From IMG/VR virus record IMGVR_UViG_3300032294_002823: a DNA stretch of 64,000 nucleotides. The stretch is one strand, 5' to 3'. Both the position numbers and the translations under genes were made by a program. The notes beneath the pieces were generated by a model that searched no databases, had not been told where the DNA came from, and saw only the letters and a list, made by a program, of their open reading frames with translations. Below are positions 27,081 through 36,575 of this stretch, in pieces. Position 1 is the first letter of the stretch; each line of letters begins with the position of its first letter. This DNA is from a virus.

Positions 27081-28500
27081 TGCTGCCATCTCTGTGGTCC
27101 AAGATGGCGAAATCTTGTATGCATCACAATCTGAACGATATTCAGGAATAAAAAATGATGCTCATTTAAATCCGGGCATTGTTACAGACGCCAAACGATA
27201 TGGTGAGCCTGATGTTGTTGTGTGGTATGAGAATCCTTGGCTGAAAACGTTACGGCAACTTCGTGCAGGACAAGGATGGATCAATAATAGTATTAGAGGG
27301 TATCTAAACAAATACAACATCACGGCACCCGTCACTACTGTAGGACATCACCATAGTCATGCAGCGGGAGGATATTATACCTCCCCATTTAAAGAAGCGG
27401 CTGTATTAGTAATTGATGCCATCGGTGAGTTTGACACTACAACTATTTGGCATGGCACAGATAACAATCTGACAAAGAAATTCTCTGTTAAGTATCCGCA
27501 TAGTTTAGGGTTGTGGTATTCAGCCATGACCCAACGAATAGGATTAAAACCCAATGAAGAAGAATATATTCTCATGGGCATGGCGGCATATGGGGATCCT
27601 TTGAAGTATACTCCAATGATTTTGGAAGATTTCTTTGATAGCAGAGACATTTTGAAGTTGAATGATAATCTTCATCGAGGATGCATGAACTGGCGTCCTG
27701 AATTGAAATCTCAACAAGACTTGTATGATATTGCCGCGGCAACACAATTTGTCTACGAACTATATTTTCATGATTTAGTAGATAAGGCACAAAAACTCAC
27801 AGGAAGTAAAAACTTAGTGTTGGGTGGCGGGTGTGCCTTGAATTGTGTTGCCAATAATATTGCCTTCCAATATTTTGAGAATGTCTGGATTATGCCAAAT
27901 CCGGGCGATGCGGGGAATAGTCTTGGTGCCATTGCTGCTCATCAACAAGAATTCTTGAACTGGCGAGGTCCCTATCTTGGATTTGATATGGGTGTGAAAT
28001 ATCCCACGGGACAATTGATTGAAACACTACAGAAAGATGGCATTGCAGGTGTGGCATTTGGTCGTGCAGAATTTGGTCCTCGTGCTTTAGGACATAGAAG
28101 TTTATTGGCTGATCCTCGCGGTGATGACATCAAGGATAAGGTGAATGTCATCAAGAAACGACAGAAATTCCGTCCCTTTGCGCCTGCCATTCTTGCCGAA
28201 CATGCCCATGAGTATTTCCACATGCCCACTATGGAAAGTCCCTATATGCAATACACGGCATTGTGCAAACATCCTTTACAATTCCCTGCCATTGTACACG
28301 CAGATGGGACATCTCGCGTACAAACGGTTTCTCAAAAGGATTCACCCTACTTTCATAGTTTTTTACAAGAATGGTACAAAGAAACTGGATGCCCGATGAT
28401 TTTAAATACCAGTTTAAACATTAAAGGTAAACCTATGGTGAACAACCGCATTGATGCTATAGAGTTTTCCAAACGATATTCGGTGCCTGTACATACTTGA
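27046..28500 (+). CDS. Carbamoyltransferase (NodU/CmcH family)
   Basis: SHDAA, HHHSHAA, GGCALNC, GDAG, EFGPRALG, RPFAP, HADGTSRVQT, LNTSLN. Confidence 0.93.
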   Translation: MIIWGISANSHDAAISVVQDGEILYASQSERYSGIKNDAHLNPGIVTDAKRYGEPDVVVWYENPWLKTLRQLRAGQGWINNSIRGYLNKYNITAPVTTVGHHHSHAAGGYYTSPFKEAAVLVIDAIGEFDTTTIWHGTDNNLTKKFSVKYPHSLGLWYSAMTQRIGLKPNEEEYILMGMAAYGDPLKYTPMILEDFFDSRDILKLNDNLHRGCMNWRPELKSQQDLYDIAAATQFVYELYFHDLVDKAQKLTGSKNLVLGGGCALNCVANNIAFQYFENVWIMPNPGDAGNSLGAIAAHQQEFLNWRGPYLGFDMGVKYPTGQLIETLQKDGIAGVAFGRAEFGPRALGHRSLLADPRGDDIKDKVNVIKKRQKFRPFAPAILAEHAHEYFHMPTMESPYMQYTALCKHPLQFPAIVHADGTSRVQTVSQKDSPYFHSFLQEWYKETGCPMILNTSLNIKGKPMVNNRIDAIEFSKRYSVPVHT

Positions 28501-28525
28501 CAAACCACAATGAATGATGTATATT
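28497..28525 (+). promoter_or_regulatory. sigma70-type promoter for DNA ligase
   Basis: TTGACA (contains stop)-17-TATATT. Confidence 0.75.
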
Positions 28526-28558
28526 ACATATAGACTCTTAAACGAGGATATATCATTC

Positions 28559-29851
28559 ATGGTGAACCAAATCTTTGAGCAACTTGCCGCGACTACCAGC
28601 CGCCTAGAAAAAGAAGCCATTCTTAAGGAACACCTTGCGGACCTAACACTCCGCAAGGTGTTATTTCTTGCTCTTGATCCATATACACAGTTTTACATTC
28701 GACGCATCATGCCATATAAGACGGGTGTGAGAAACACGCATATCACACTTACACAAGCATTGGATGAATTGGAAAAGTTTTCTTCTCGGACCTTGACGGG
28801 AAATGCAGCATTTCATCATCTTCACTGGATCCTGGAATCTCTTGATGCCGATGATGCCAAGGTGATTGAACGTGTCATTGAAAAAGATTTGAAGTGTGGG
28901 GTGTCTGAGGCTACAGTAAACAAGATTTGGCCTAACTTGATTCCCACATATCCTGTCATGTTGGCATCTGGATTTGATGAGAAAATCATGAATAAAATGA
29001 CCTATCCCGCCTATGTGCAATTGAAGTTGGATGGGATGCGATTCAATGCCATCGTGGAAAATGGTAAAGTGGACTTTCGTTCACGAAACGGTAAGCAAAT
29101 TGATTTGCTTGGAAATCTTGAAGCCGAGTTTCTACAATTGGCAGGTGAACTCCCTGTGGTGTTTGATGGTGAATTGATTGTGAGAGAACGTTCTGGCAAC
29201 ATCATGAACCGTCAGAAAGGTAATGGCATCTTAAACAAGGCGGTAAAGGGTACCATCTCTGAGAACGAAGCCGGTATGGTGGAAGCTGTGGTCTGGGATA
29301 TCATTCCTTTGGGTCATTTCAAGCAAGGTGAGTCCAATTGTTCCTATGAGTCGCGCTTTCAAATTCTTGAAGCAATGGAGATGCCTGAACGTGTTTCACT
29401 GATTGAAAACATTGAAGTCATTTCAGAGGACGAGGCTCATCATTTGTTCGAGGAATATTTCGCCAAGGGAGAGGAAGGTATCATTCTCAAGGACATCACC
29501 AAGGGATGGGAAGATAAGCGCGTAAAGCATCAAGTGAAGTTCAAGGGTGAGTTGGAATGTGACCTTCGTTGTGTGGATTGGCAAGAAGGTACGGGGAAAA
29601 ATGTGGGAAGATTGGGGGCACTGGTACTAGAATCTGCTGACGGCATCATTCAGGTGAATGTTGGGTCAGGATTCACAGATGAACAGCGTGATAAATATAC
29701 AAAGAGTAATACTGTAGGTAAGATTGTTGCCGTCAAGTATAACGCACGTATTTGTGACAAAAAGACCAACGTGGAAAGTCTATTTCTACCGGTTTTTCTT
29801 GAATTACGTGAGGATAAGAGTGTTGCTGATTCGTCAACCATTATTAAATGA
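28559..29851 (+). CDS. gp30: ATP-dependent DNA ligase (gp30)
   Basis: KLDGMR, FDGE, EGIILK, VGSGF, LFLPVF; GAGG SD before ATG 28559. Confidence 0.93.
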   Translation: MVNQIFEQLAATTSRLEKEAILKEHLADLTLRKVLFLALDPYTQFYIRRIMPYKTGVRNTHITLTQALDELEKFSSRTLTGNAAFHHLHWILESLDADDAKVIERVIEKDLKCGVSEATVNKIWPNLIPTYPVMLASGFDEKIMNKMTYPAYVQLKLDGMRFNAIVENGKVDFRSRNGKQIDLLGNLEAEFLQLAGELPVVFDGELIVRERSGNIMNRQKGNGILNKAVKGTISENEAGMVEAVVWDIIPLGHFKQGESNCSYESRFQILEAMEMPERVSLIENIEVISEDEAHHLFEEYFAKGEEGIILKDITKGWEDKRVKHQVKFKGELECDLRCVDWQEGTGKNVGRLGALVLESADGIIQVNVGSGFTDEQRDKYTKSNTVGKIVAVKYNARICDKKTNVESLFLPVFLELREDKSVADSSTIIK

Positions 29852-29858
29852 GGTCGTT

Positions 29859-30047
29859 ATGACTAAGCATGAAGAATATACCGAAGCATTAATGGAACAA
29901 TGTGAGCAAAAAATTCATTATATTTTTCTTGATATTGAAGATGAGTTGGACAACATTGAACAAGAACTAGAAACAGAAGCATCCAAAATTTTATTGAGTT
30001 GGGTACGCGATAGTATCCGGCGTGTTTCAGACAACTACAAAGTATAA
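29859..30047 (+). CDS. Hypothetical acidic protein
   Basis: GAGG SD, ATG 29859. Confidence 0.6.
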   Translation: MTKHEEYTEALMEQCEQKIHYIFLDIEDELDNIEQELETEASKILLSWVRDSIRRVSDNYKV

Positions 30048-30050
30048 ATA
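30043..30050 (+). promoter_or_regulatory. T4-type late promoter TATAAATA (others: +31862, +32736, +42336, +49109, +53988, +62390; minus strand 331-338, 40671-40678)
   Basis: Exact gp55 consensus upstream of late/structural genes; gp33 present. Confidence 0.8.
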
Positions 30051-30055
30051 ATTTT

Positions 30056-30322
30056 ATGCCGACATATGAATATCAGTGTGAAAAATGTGAGCATTATTTC
30101 ACGAAGTATACTAGCATCTCTAACATGAACCTAGCCGAGGAAGAGCCATGTCCTAATTGTACAGAACTGGCAGTCAAGAAGGTGATGTTTACCGCTCCTT
30201 CTATTGGTGACCCCGTGCGTCTACGTATTCGACGCCCTGATGGTGGATTCAAAGAGGTACTACAAAAAATTCATGAAAAGACCCCAGGTTCACGTATCAA
30301 TAACAACAGTAGTTTCATTTAA
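30056..30322 (+). CDS. FmdB-family zinc-ribbon protein
   Basis: MPTYEYQCEKC...CPNC. Confidence 0.85.
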   Translation: MPTYEYQCEKCEHYFTKYTSISNMNLAEEEPCPNCTELAVKKVMFTAPSIGDPVRLRIRRPDGGFKEVLQKIHEKTPGSRINNNSSFI

Positions 30323-30343
30323 ACATCTTTCATTTCACGGTTT

Positions 30344-30379
30344 AACTCCGGCGGAGCCTGCGCTCTGTCGGAGTTTTTT
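30344..30379 (+). terminator. Intrinsic terminator
   Basis: AACTCCGGCGGAGC-CTGC-GCTCTGTCGGAGTT followed by T run. Confidence 0.7.
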
Positions 30380-30403
30380 CACCCCCTACCATGCGAGAAC
30401 GTC

Positions 30404-31150
30404 ATGTCACGTAAAAAGCGTCTCAAACTTGTTGCTCCTGAAATCCCCACGTTCAACAAGAATATCTTAACTTCCTCTGACCTCAAAAACATTTACCCCT
30501 TAACCCACAATCAAGAAACATTTTTCAATTTGTATCGTAAAGGACATTGTGCCATGTTACTACATGGTGTTGCAGGAACAGGTAAAACGTATATCGCCAT
30601 GTATAATGCATTTCAGGAAATTTTAAGTGAAGATGCTGAAGTTAAGAAACTTGTGATTGTTCGTTCAGCAGTACCATCAAGAGATATTGGGTTTCTCCCA
30701 GGCAATGAAAAAGATAAAGTAGAAGTCTATTCCCAACCTTACCAAGAAATATGTGAGGATTTATTTCCAAGATTTGGACCCAAGGCATACACAAAACTAA
30801 AGGAACAAAATCTTGTTAATTTCATGGTGACGTCCTATGTTCGCGGATTGACACTAGACAACTGTATTGTCATTGTGGATGAAGTTCAAAATCTCAACGA
30901 CATGGAATTGAATAGCATCATGACTCGCGTTGGACAAAACACCAAGATTATTTTCTGCGGAGATTTTCGTCAAACCGATTTGAATAGAAAACATGATGTG
31001 TCTGGATTAAGAAAGTTCATGCAAATTGCCAATCATATGCAATCATTCCGTCATGTGGAATTCCAAGTGCAAGATATTGTTCGTAGCCAATTGGTGAAAG
31101 AATATATCATTGCCAGAATGCAATGCGAGGATTTACAACTCGTATCTTGA
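30404..31150 (+). CDS. phoH: PhoH-like ATPase
   Basis: GVAGTGKT, IGFLPG, RGLTL, DEVQN, GDFRQTDL, DIVRS. Confidence 0.93.
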   Translation: MSRKKRLKLVAPEIPTFNKNILTSSDLKNIYPLTHNQETFFNLYRKGHCAMLLHGVAGTGKTYIAMYNAFQEILSEDAEVKKLVIVRSAVPSRDIGFLPGNEKDKVEVYSQPYQEICEDLFPRFGPKAYTKLKEQNLVNFMVTSYVRGLTLDNCIVIVDEVQNLNDMELNSIMTRVGQNTKIIFCGDFRQTDLNRKHDVSGLRKFMQIANHMQSFRHVEFQVQDIVRSQLVKEYIIARMQCEDLQLVS

Positions 31151-31181
31151 CAAACACAACGTAATAAGATAATTTTATATC

Positions 31182-31859
31182 ATGAAAACATTTATACACA
31201 ACCCCGTTGAAATTGAAGAAATCTCAGCCACTACTGGTACTGATGGGAATAGAGTTTATCAAACGCCTGACGGTAAACTCTATCCCTCAGTAACCACAGT
31301 GTTATCTCAGCATACCAAAAAAGGTATCATGGAGTGGAGAGAACGTGTAGGTGCGGATGAAGCCAATAAGATATCTCGGCAAGCCGCCACACGTGGCACC
31401 AAGTTTCATACCCTGGCGGAACGATATCTGAAAAATGCTTCTCAGGAAAAACTGTTCCCAGATAGTTCATTAAAGTCAGTGCTAGACCAAGAACTGTTTG
31501 AGATTGCTAAATCAGAACTGAATAAGATTGACAACATTCGGGCTCAAGAAGTTGCATTATGGTCCCATCACTTACGATTGGCGGGGCGGGTGGATTGCAT
31601 TGCTGAATATGAAGGAAAACTGAGTGTCATTGACTTCAAGACAGCTCGTAGAGAAAAAGATGTGGAGCATATTCAACATTACTTCATGCAGGCGTCCGCG
31701 TATGCTGTGATGTTTGAAGAACGTACAGGCATTCCTGTGAATAGATTGGTGATTGCCATTGCAGTTGAAGATGGATTCATGCAAGTATTTCAAAGTAAAC
31801 GAGATGCTCATATTGAAGGATTATTATACTATCGTGATATGTACGAAGTAATGAAGTGA
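31182..31859 (+). CDS. PD-(D/E)xK exonuclease (T4-like phage exonuclease A type)
   Basis: YPSVTTVL, RGTKFH, AGRVDCI, IDFKT, YFMQ..AY; preceded by TTGACA(31147)-17-TAATTT. Confidence 0.85.
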   Translation: MKTFIHNPVEIEEISATTGTDGNRVYQTPDGKLYPSVTTVLSQHTKKGIMEWRERVGADEANKISRQAATRGTKFHTLAERYLKNASQEKLFPDSSLKSVLDQELFEIAKSELNKIDNIRAQEVALWSHHLRLAGRVDCIAEYEGKLSVIDFKTARREKDVEHIQHYFMQASAYAVMFEERTGIPVNRLVIAIAVEDGFMQVFQSKRDAHIEGLLYYRDMYEVMK

Positions 31860-31874
31860 TGTATAAATAGTATT

Positions 31875-32160
31875 GTAGGATGGTAGTAGATTGCTTAAAT
31901 AGAAACTTTTCTTGGACAGGGGTTCGACTCCCCTCACCTCCACTCAGAAGTACTCAGAAGTATGTTGGTTCGTAGTTTAGGGGGTGCCTGGTTTCGACAG
32001 GGGAAGAAGTACAGGAGAGAGCTACCCGAGAGGCGACTGCCGCAAGCAGAGCAAAAACAATTAAATGACAACAATTACATGTCATTCGCTACCTCTTACG
32101 CCTTAGCTGCGTAAGACACTTTAGCCGGGTTAAGGGGGTTCCTGGGAACAGAATACCCCC
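31875..32160 (+). ncRNA. ssrA: Circularly permuted (two-piece) tmRNA; tag (A)DNNYMSFATSYALAA
   Basis: T-arm AGGGG-TTCGACT-CCCCT and 3' acceptor CACCTCC-A (31918-31942) precede the 5' acceptor GGGGGTG + CCTGGTTTCGAC (31980-); G3:U70 pair; tag ORF 32067-32114; outer ends approximate. Confidence 0.9.
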
Positions 32161-32172
32161 ATTCCCCTTTCT

Positions 32173-32751
32173 ATGAATATGATACCTGAAAACACAGAAA
32201 AAATACACATATTATTTTCAGGAGGTGCCGATAGCACCATTTTGTTGTATTTGCTCTGTAAAGAAAAACAGGACAAAAATTTGTCAGTTCCCATAACATG
32301 TCATGTGATGCTTAATAAACCTAAGCATATTGATGAAATTATTGAGTATATTTCACAGACATTTTCACAGCAAATAGATTGTGTATTCTGGAAACGAAAG
32401 TTTTTTATTCGTATATTCGTGGAATCTATACAGAAAATTTATGGGGGTGTGGTGTTTTCTGGGTGCAATAAGGTTTTAACTGAAGAATTTACTCCTACAT
32501 TCTATCTCCCCGGCGATACCCCTCCTGTTCGGGGTCCTGCTCTTAATGAGTATCATATTCGCCCATTCATTGATATGGACAAGGCGGAAATTATAAAATT
32601 CTATATAGATAATAATGAAATTGAGCTACTACACAAAACCATATCTTGTGGAACTTATAATGATGTCACAGGGACTGAATGTGGGGGGAAGTGTTATTTT
32701 TGTCTTGAGCGAGATTGGGCACTGAAACAAGTTAATATAAATAGTAGATAA
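32173..32751 (+). CDS. QueC-like PP-loop ATPase
   Basis: SGGADS; TISC...CGGKCYFCLER. Confidence 0.75.
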   Translation: MNMIPENTEKIHILFSGGADSTILLYLLCKEKQDKNLSVPITCHVMLNKPKHIDEIIEYISQTFSQQIDCVFWKRKFFIRIFVESIQKIYGGVVFSGCNKVLTEEFTPTFYLPGDTPPVRGPALNEYHIRPFIDMDKAEIIKFYIDNNEIELLHKTISCGTYNDVTGTECGGKCYFCLERDWALKQVNINSR

Positions 32752-32772
32752 TAACCAAACTTTGGAGATTCT

Positions 32773-34317
32773 ATGCTGAAATATAACGTCATTTATCACT
32801 CTGATGCAGATGTTGCTGCATTAAAGACAACATTATCTGAAATGGGTGTTGTTGTTCATGAAGAATTTTCTGAACTAAAAGTCTTAAACATTTCAGCAAA
32901 TGATACCACTTTTTCAAGTGTCACCGGCATTGTGGCATTTGAAGAAGATAAGGAAGTTAGTGTTGCCGCCTCCTCAACTCCTTGGCATCTATTAAGATTA
33001 TCTAGTCTAAGCTTACCAATGAAACCTTCTTACGTTCCTAAAAATTTTGGTGAACAAGGAGTTGTATATTTGGTGGATTCAGGTGTTGATAGTACACATG
33101 AACAATTTTCTCACACAACCATTGTAAATCTCCATACTTATCTTGAAAATGATTTCACTGATACTGTAGGTCATGGTACATCAATGGCAAGTTTGATTGT
33201 AGGTAATACATTGGGTGCATCAAAAAATGCCACGCTGAAAAATGTAAAGATTCCCATGTCAGCCAATACCACATTGAGTGTATTGTTGTCAGCATTCAAT
33301 AGTATTTTGTCAGACCATGCATTAACATCAGGTGTTAAAGTTGTAAACTGTTCGTGGACAATACCTAAGAGTCAAATACTTGACACCAAAATTCAAGAAC
33401 TTCAAAACGCCGGATTGGTAGTTGTGGCTGCAGCAGGTAACACGGGTGAAGCTGCCGACAACTTTTCACCTGTTGGTTTAGATACAGTAATAGGTGTGGC
33501 TGCTTCTGATGCCTATGACCGTGTTATTTCATGGGCGACCGGTGCGTCAAGTAACTGGGGGCCTGAAGTTGATGTAACAGCACCTGGTATTGGTATTGAT
33601 ACGGCATCAATACACAGTGAAACAGGATATGATGTTTCATCTGGAACATCAGTGGCAAGCGCACTTGTTTCAGCCGTAATTTGTCAGCACATTACCGGAG
33701 ATGCAACGTTAACAGCAACACAAATTAAATCTCGAATTATGTTACAACCATATTCTTCAGAAGATGTTTTGTTCCGCAATGAAACCATTTATGGCACAAC
33801 TCCTAATCGTTTAATGCATTGTCTTTTCATTGATGCGTTGATTAACAACATCAAAGATCCTGTCGTCATCAAGGCTGGAGAAACGTCAACATTTACACTA
33901 CAATTAACACAATATGTAGATACTGTTAATGTTCATAATGTTGTTATAGGAGCAAGACAGCATGAAATTCCTTCATGGACATCGTTTGATGTGGCAACCA
34001 ATACATTCACATTCAATCCTCCTGTAGATATTACAATGAAGCGTATTGTTATCATGACGGAATTGTTTTTTGAGGGTGAAAAAGTAGGTGTCCCTGGCTT
34101 TGAACTTCGAATTTATCATAACGATGTCAGTGAGTTTGATACAGAAGAAACCTATCATTTGGTATTACGTGAAAATGAAAATGATGTTGTGTTCGTCACA
34201 CCCGGCTCATGTCAGGGAAATTGTACCGCGTGGTCACCATGTCCTCCAGGTGGAAAGCAGGGTTGTAATTGCTCTAGTGATTGGAGCGGTTGGTGTGTTG
34301 TACCCCTTCAGAGTTAA
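32773..34317 (+). CDS. Subtilisin-like S8 protease with propeptide-like N-terminus and six-Cys C-terminal tail
   Basis: VDSG (Asp), GHGT (His), AAAGN (oxyanion Asn), SGTS (Ser). Confidence 0.9.
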   Translation: MLKYNVIYHSDADVAALKTTLSEMGVVVHEEFSELKVLNISANDTTFSSVTGIVAFEEDKEVSVAASSTPWHLLRLSSLSLPMKPSYVPKNFGEQGVVYLVDSGVDSTHEQFSHTTIVNLHTYLENDFTDTVGHGTSMASLIVGNTLGASKNATLKNVKIPMSANTTLSVLLSAFNSILSDHALTSGVKVVNCSWTIPKSQILDTKIQELQNAGLVVVAAAGNTGEAADNFSPVGLDTVIGVAASDAYDRVISWATGASSNWGPEVDVTAPGIGIDTASIHSETGYDVSSGTSVASALVSAVICQHITGDATLTATQIKSRIMLQPYSSEDVLFRNETIYGTTPNRLMHCLFIDALINNIKDPVVIKAGETSTFTLQLTQYVDTVNVHNVVIGARQHEIPSWTSFDVATNTFTFNPPVDITMKRIVIMTELFFEGEKVGVPGFELRIYHNDVSEFDTEETYHLVLRENENDVVFVTPGSCQGNCTAWSPCPPGGKQGCNCSSDWSGWCVVPLQS

Positions 34318-34332
34318 TATCTTGTTTTTATT

Positions 34333-35001
34333 ATGGCTTCAAAAATTATAAGTAGTAAAAACTCTGAGTTGAAATTTTGGTGGATTAAAATACCTCGAAC
34401 AGGAACATATGCATATTCAAGGTTGTTTGGGTTGTACAATTCTGAAATGTTGTATCAACCCAAACACACCCATGAATCCTACAGACAGTTACAAGATATT
34501 GAAAAATTACCAGCATTCACTGTTGTACGAAATCCCGTAGATAGACTATTTTCATCACTTTCTCATTACTTACATTTACAGGAACGGTGTAGACAAGGAA
34601 ACTGCCTTTATGAAAGTAATACCGTGTGTGCCTGGCATAGTACAGACATCCCTGTTGATAGTGTAGAAGTAATGTATAAATTTTTTACTGAGTATGCTAC
34701 TAGAGACATGATGGATGTAAAAGCACAAATAATATTCAGTGATAATATTTTTAGGTCTCAAACATGGTATGCATATCATCCTAAGGTGAAAATATTTCGT
34801 TATGAGAACATCACGGAATTCAATGATTGGATCTCAACCACATTAGGATATGATGTTTCACCATTACAACGTATTAATGAAACTCAACCAAGATTTCTGT
34901 ATAATATAGACAAACAACATCCATTATTCATTAAAACAGCAGAACATCTCTATAACATAGATTTTAAAACCTTTAACTACCCCTTGCAGTACTTGACATA
35001 A
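34333..35001 (+). CDS. Sulfotransferase family 2-like protein
   Basis: IKIPRTGT, VVRNPVDRLFSS, YNIDFKTFNY. Confidence 0.75.
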   Translation: MASKIISSKNSELKFWWIKIPRTGTYAYSRLFGLYNSEMLYQPKHTHESYRQLQDIEKLPAFTVVRNPVDRLFSSLSHYLHLQERCRQGNCLYESNTVCAWHSTDIPVDSVEVMYKFFTEYATRDMMDVKAQIIFSDNIFRSQTWYAYHPKVKIFRYENITEFNDWISTTLGYDVSPLQRINETQPRFLYNIDKQHPLFIKTAEHLYNIDFKTFNYPLQYLT

Positions 35002-35044
35002 GGCTGCAAGGGTGTTAAGTTTAATAGAAACGAATGGAGGATTA

Positions 35045-35554
35045 ATGACGAAATTCATTAGCATACTAGTAGCATGTGTTCTATTAGCTGTGGTGCCTAC
35101 CACTCTCTCGCGTGCGCACGTGCCTGTACTACCCAAAAAGCCATTCAAGGTTATTTCAGAAAAGGAATTGACTTGTTTGGCAAAGAACATAGCATTTGAA
35201 GCTCCTGATGAATCATACGAAGGAAAGTTGGCAGTAGCCACTGTTACCATGAATCGTGTGAAATCTCGGTCATTCCCTAAGACGGTGTGTGGTGTTGTCT
35301 ACCAGAGAAATCCTCGGGGATGCCAATTCTCTTGGACATGCGGTCCACGTGGACGATTGGAAAAAGACATCTATGCTGAGTCACGAAGAATTGCACGAGC
35401 AGTATTGACACAGAATCTTCGACTCACTAGTTTAAAGAATGCCTTGTATTTTCATAATACAAGTGTGAGCCCCAATTGGAGTTTCGCTGAACCCATTAAA
35501 CAAATAGGAAATCATATATTTTATGCCCCAAGAAGAAACAACCCAACCACCTGA
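35045..35554 (+). CDS. Cell-wall hydrolase SleB/Hydrolase_2
   Basis: CLAKNIAFEA, VTMNRV, CQFSW, IGNHIFY; signal-like N-terminus; promoter TTGACA(34993)-17-TAAGTT. Confidence 0.88.
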   Translation: MTKFISILVACVLLAVVPTTLSRAHVPVLPKKPFKVISEKELTCLAKNIAFEAPDESYEGKLAVATVTMNRVKSRSFPKTVCGVVYQRNPRGCQFSWTCGPRGRLEKDIYAESRRIARAVLTQNLRLTSLKNALYFHNTSVSPNWSFAEPIKQIGNHIFYAPRRNNPTT

Positions 35555-35813
35555 GTTAGAGAATGTTGCCCTTACGGTAACCTATCTCATTACTAGAGAA
35601 TTCACAAATCCCACAGATTTCTCTATGCACATTGAAAAAGAAGCAGTGCGTAGAAAGATTGGTTACATGGAAGCCATTGTGGATTATTGTGAAGAAAATG
35701 ATATTGACACCGGGGCGTTGACTGGATTGATTTCCAATTCTCTGAAAGAAAAAATTCGTGCCGAAGCGGAAGAAATGAATTTGCTCAAGAAAACAAGTAA
35801 ACTTCCTCTATGA
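35523..35813 (+). CDS. gp33: Late transcription co-activator
   Basis: YMEAIVDYCEENDID...SLKEKIRAEA; synteny 33-59-32. Confidence 0.85.
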   Translation: MPQEETTQPPELENVALTVTYLITREFTNPTDFSMHIEKEAVRRKIGYMEAIVDYCEENDIDTGALTGLISNSLKEKIRAEAEEMNLLKKTSKLPL

Positions 35814-36394
35814 CCATTAACGAAGCCTACAAAATTTACACGGCGTTACGATTACACTTCACAACAGACAACTTTGATATACGAAATGGTGTTCCTCCCA
35901 GAGCACCTAAGACAGGTGTAAAGACGGCGTTCAGTAAAAAGCTAGAACAAATGATGAAGCAGTATAATTATGATTCAGAAGCATTTGTAGGATTTCTCGT
36001 ATCAAATTTTTTGTCTGGGCATGAATGGGGTGCCATTTTTGAACCCACAGGGCATGAAGTATATCTTGAATGGAAAAAGATTCAAGAAAGATTAACATAT
36101 ACATTTACACAAGACATTGACTTTCTCGCATTGCAAGTGAATAAAGTGGATGATTTATGGAAATGTACTGGCGAACATCCGGTGATATTGAAGTCGTATT
36201 GTGGTAAAAAAAGTCGGTTGGAAACACTTGTAATTCTAAATAAATTATATAAGTTTAGAGAACAGTTAGATGAACAACTAAAAAATGACCCCGTATGGGC
36301 ATCAACATCTAGACTGGTATACAAATATTCACCGTTTGTTAACATCAACAAGGAAAAATTTTCAATGATTGTAAAGAAGGCCTTCAATGAGTAA
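35810..36394 (+). CDS. gp59: Helicase loader
   Basis: YTALRLHFT, VSNF, ETLVIL, KYSPF. Confidence 0.85.
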   Translation: MTINEAYKIYTALRLHFTTDNFDIRNGVPPRAPKTGVKTAFSKKLEQMMKQYNYDSEAFVGFLVSNFLSGHEWGAIFEPTGHEVYLEWKKIQERLTYTFTQDIDFLALQVNKVDDLWKCTGEHPVILKSYCGKKSRLETLVILNKLYKFREQLDEQLKNDPVWASTSRLVYKYSPFVNINKEKFSMIVKKAFNE

Positions 36395-36575
36395 ACATCA
36401 CGATTGGGAAGATGATGACTATCGTAGTTTCAAGAAGCCCAAAAGAGTAGAAAAAGACAAGTTCGGTAAGCATCGTAAGGCAATTTACGATATGCTTGAC
36501 ACTGAGTTTGACGAAGATTATTTTAATGATGCATACTCTGATGAAGATTATGATGAGGTTGATGATAGGTATTAA
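36387..36575 (+). CDS. Small basic/acidic hypothetical protein
   Basis: ORF between gp59 and gp32. Confidence 0.6.
   Translation: MSKHHDWEDDDYRSFKKPKRVEKDKFGKHRKAIYDMLDTEFDEDYFNDAYSDEDYDEVDDRY

Noticed and set aside
31182-31859. Cas4 / CRISPR adaptation gene
   Set aside because: Lacks the four-Cys Fe-S motif; typical T4-like exonuclease next to phoH
31914-31998. tRNA-Ala
   Set aside because: No anticodon arm; halves are in reversed order and followed by a tag ORF, so it is tmRNA
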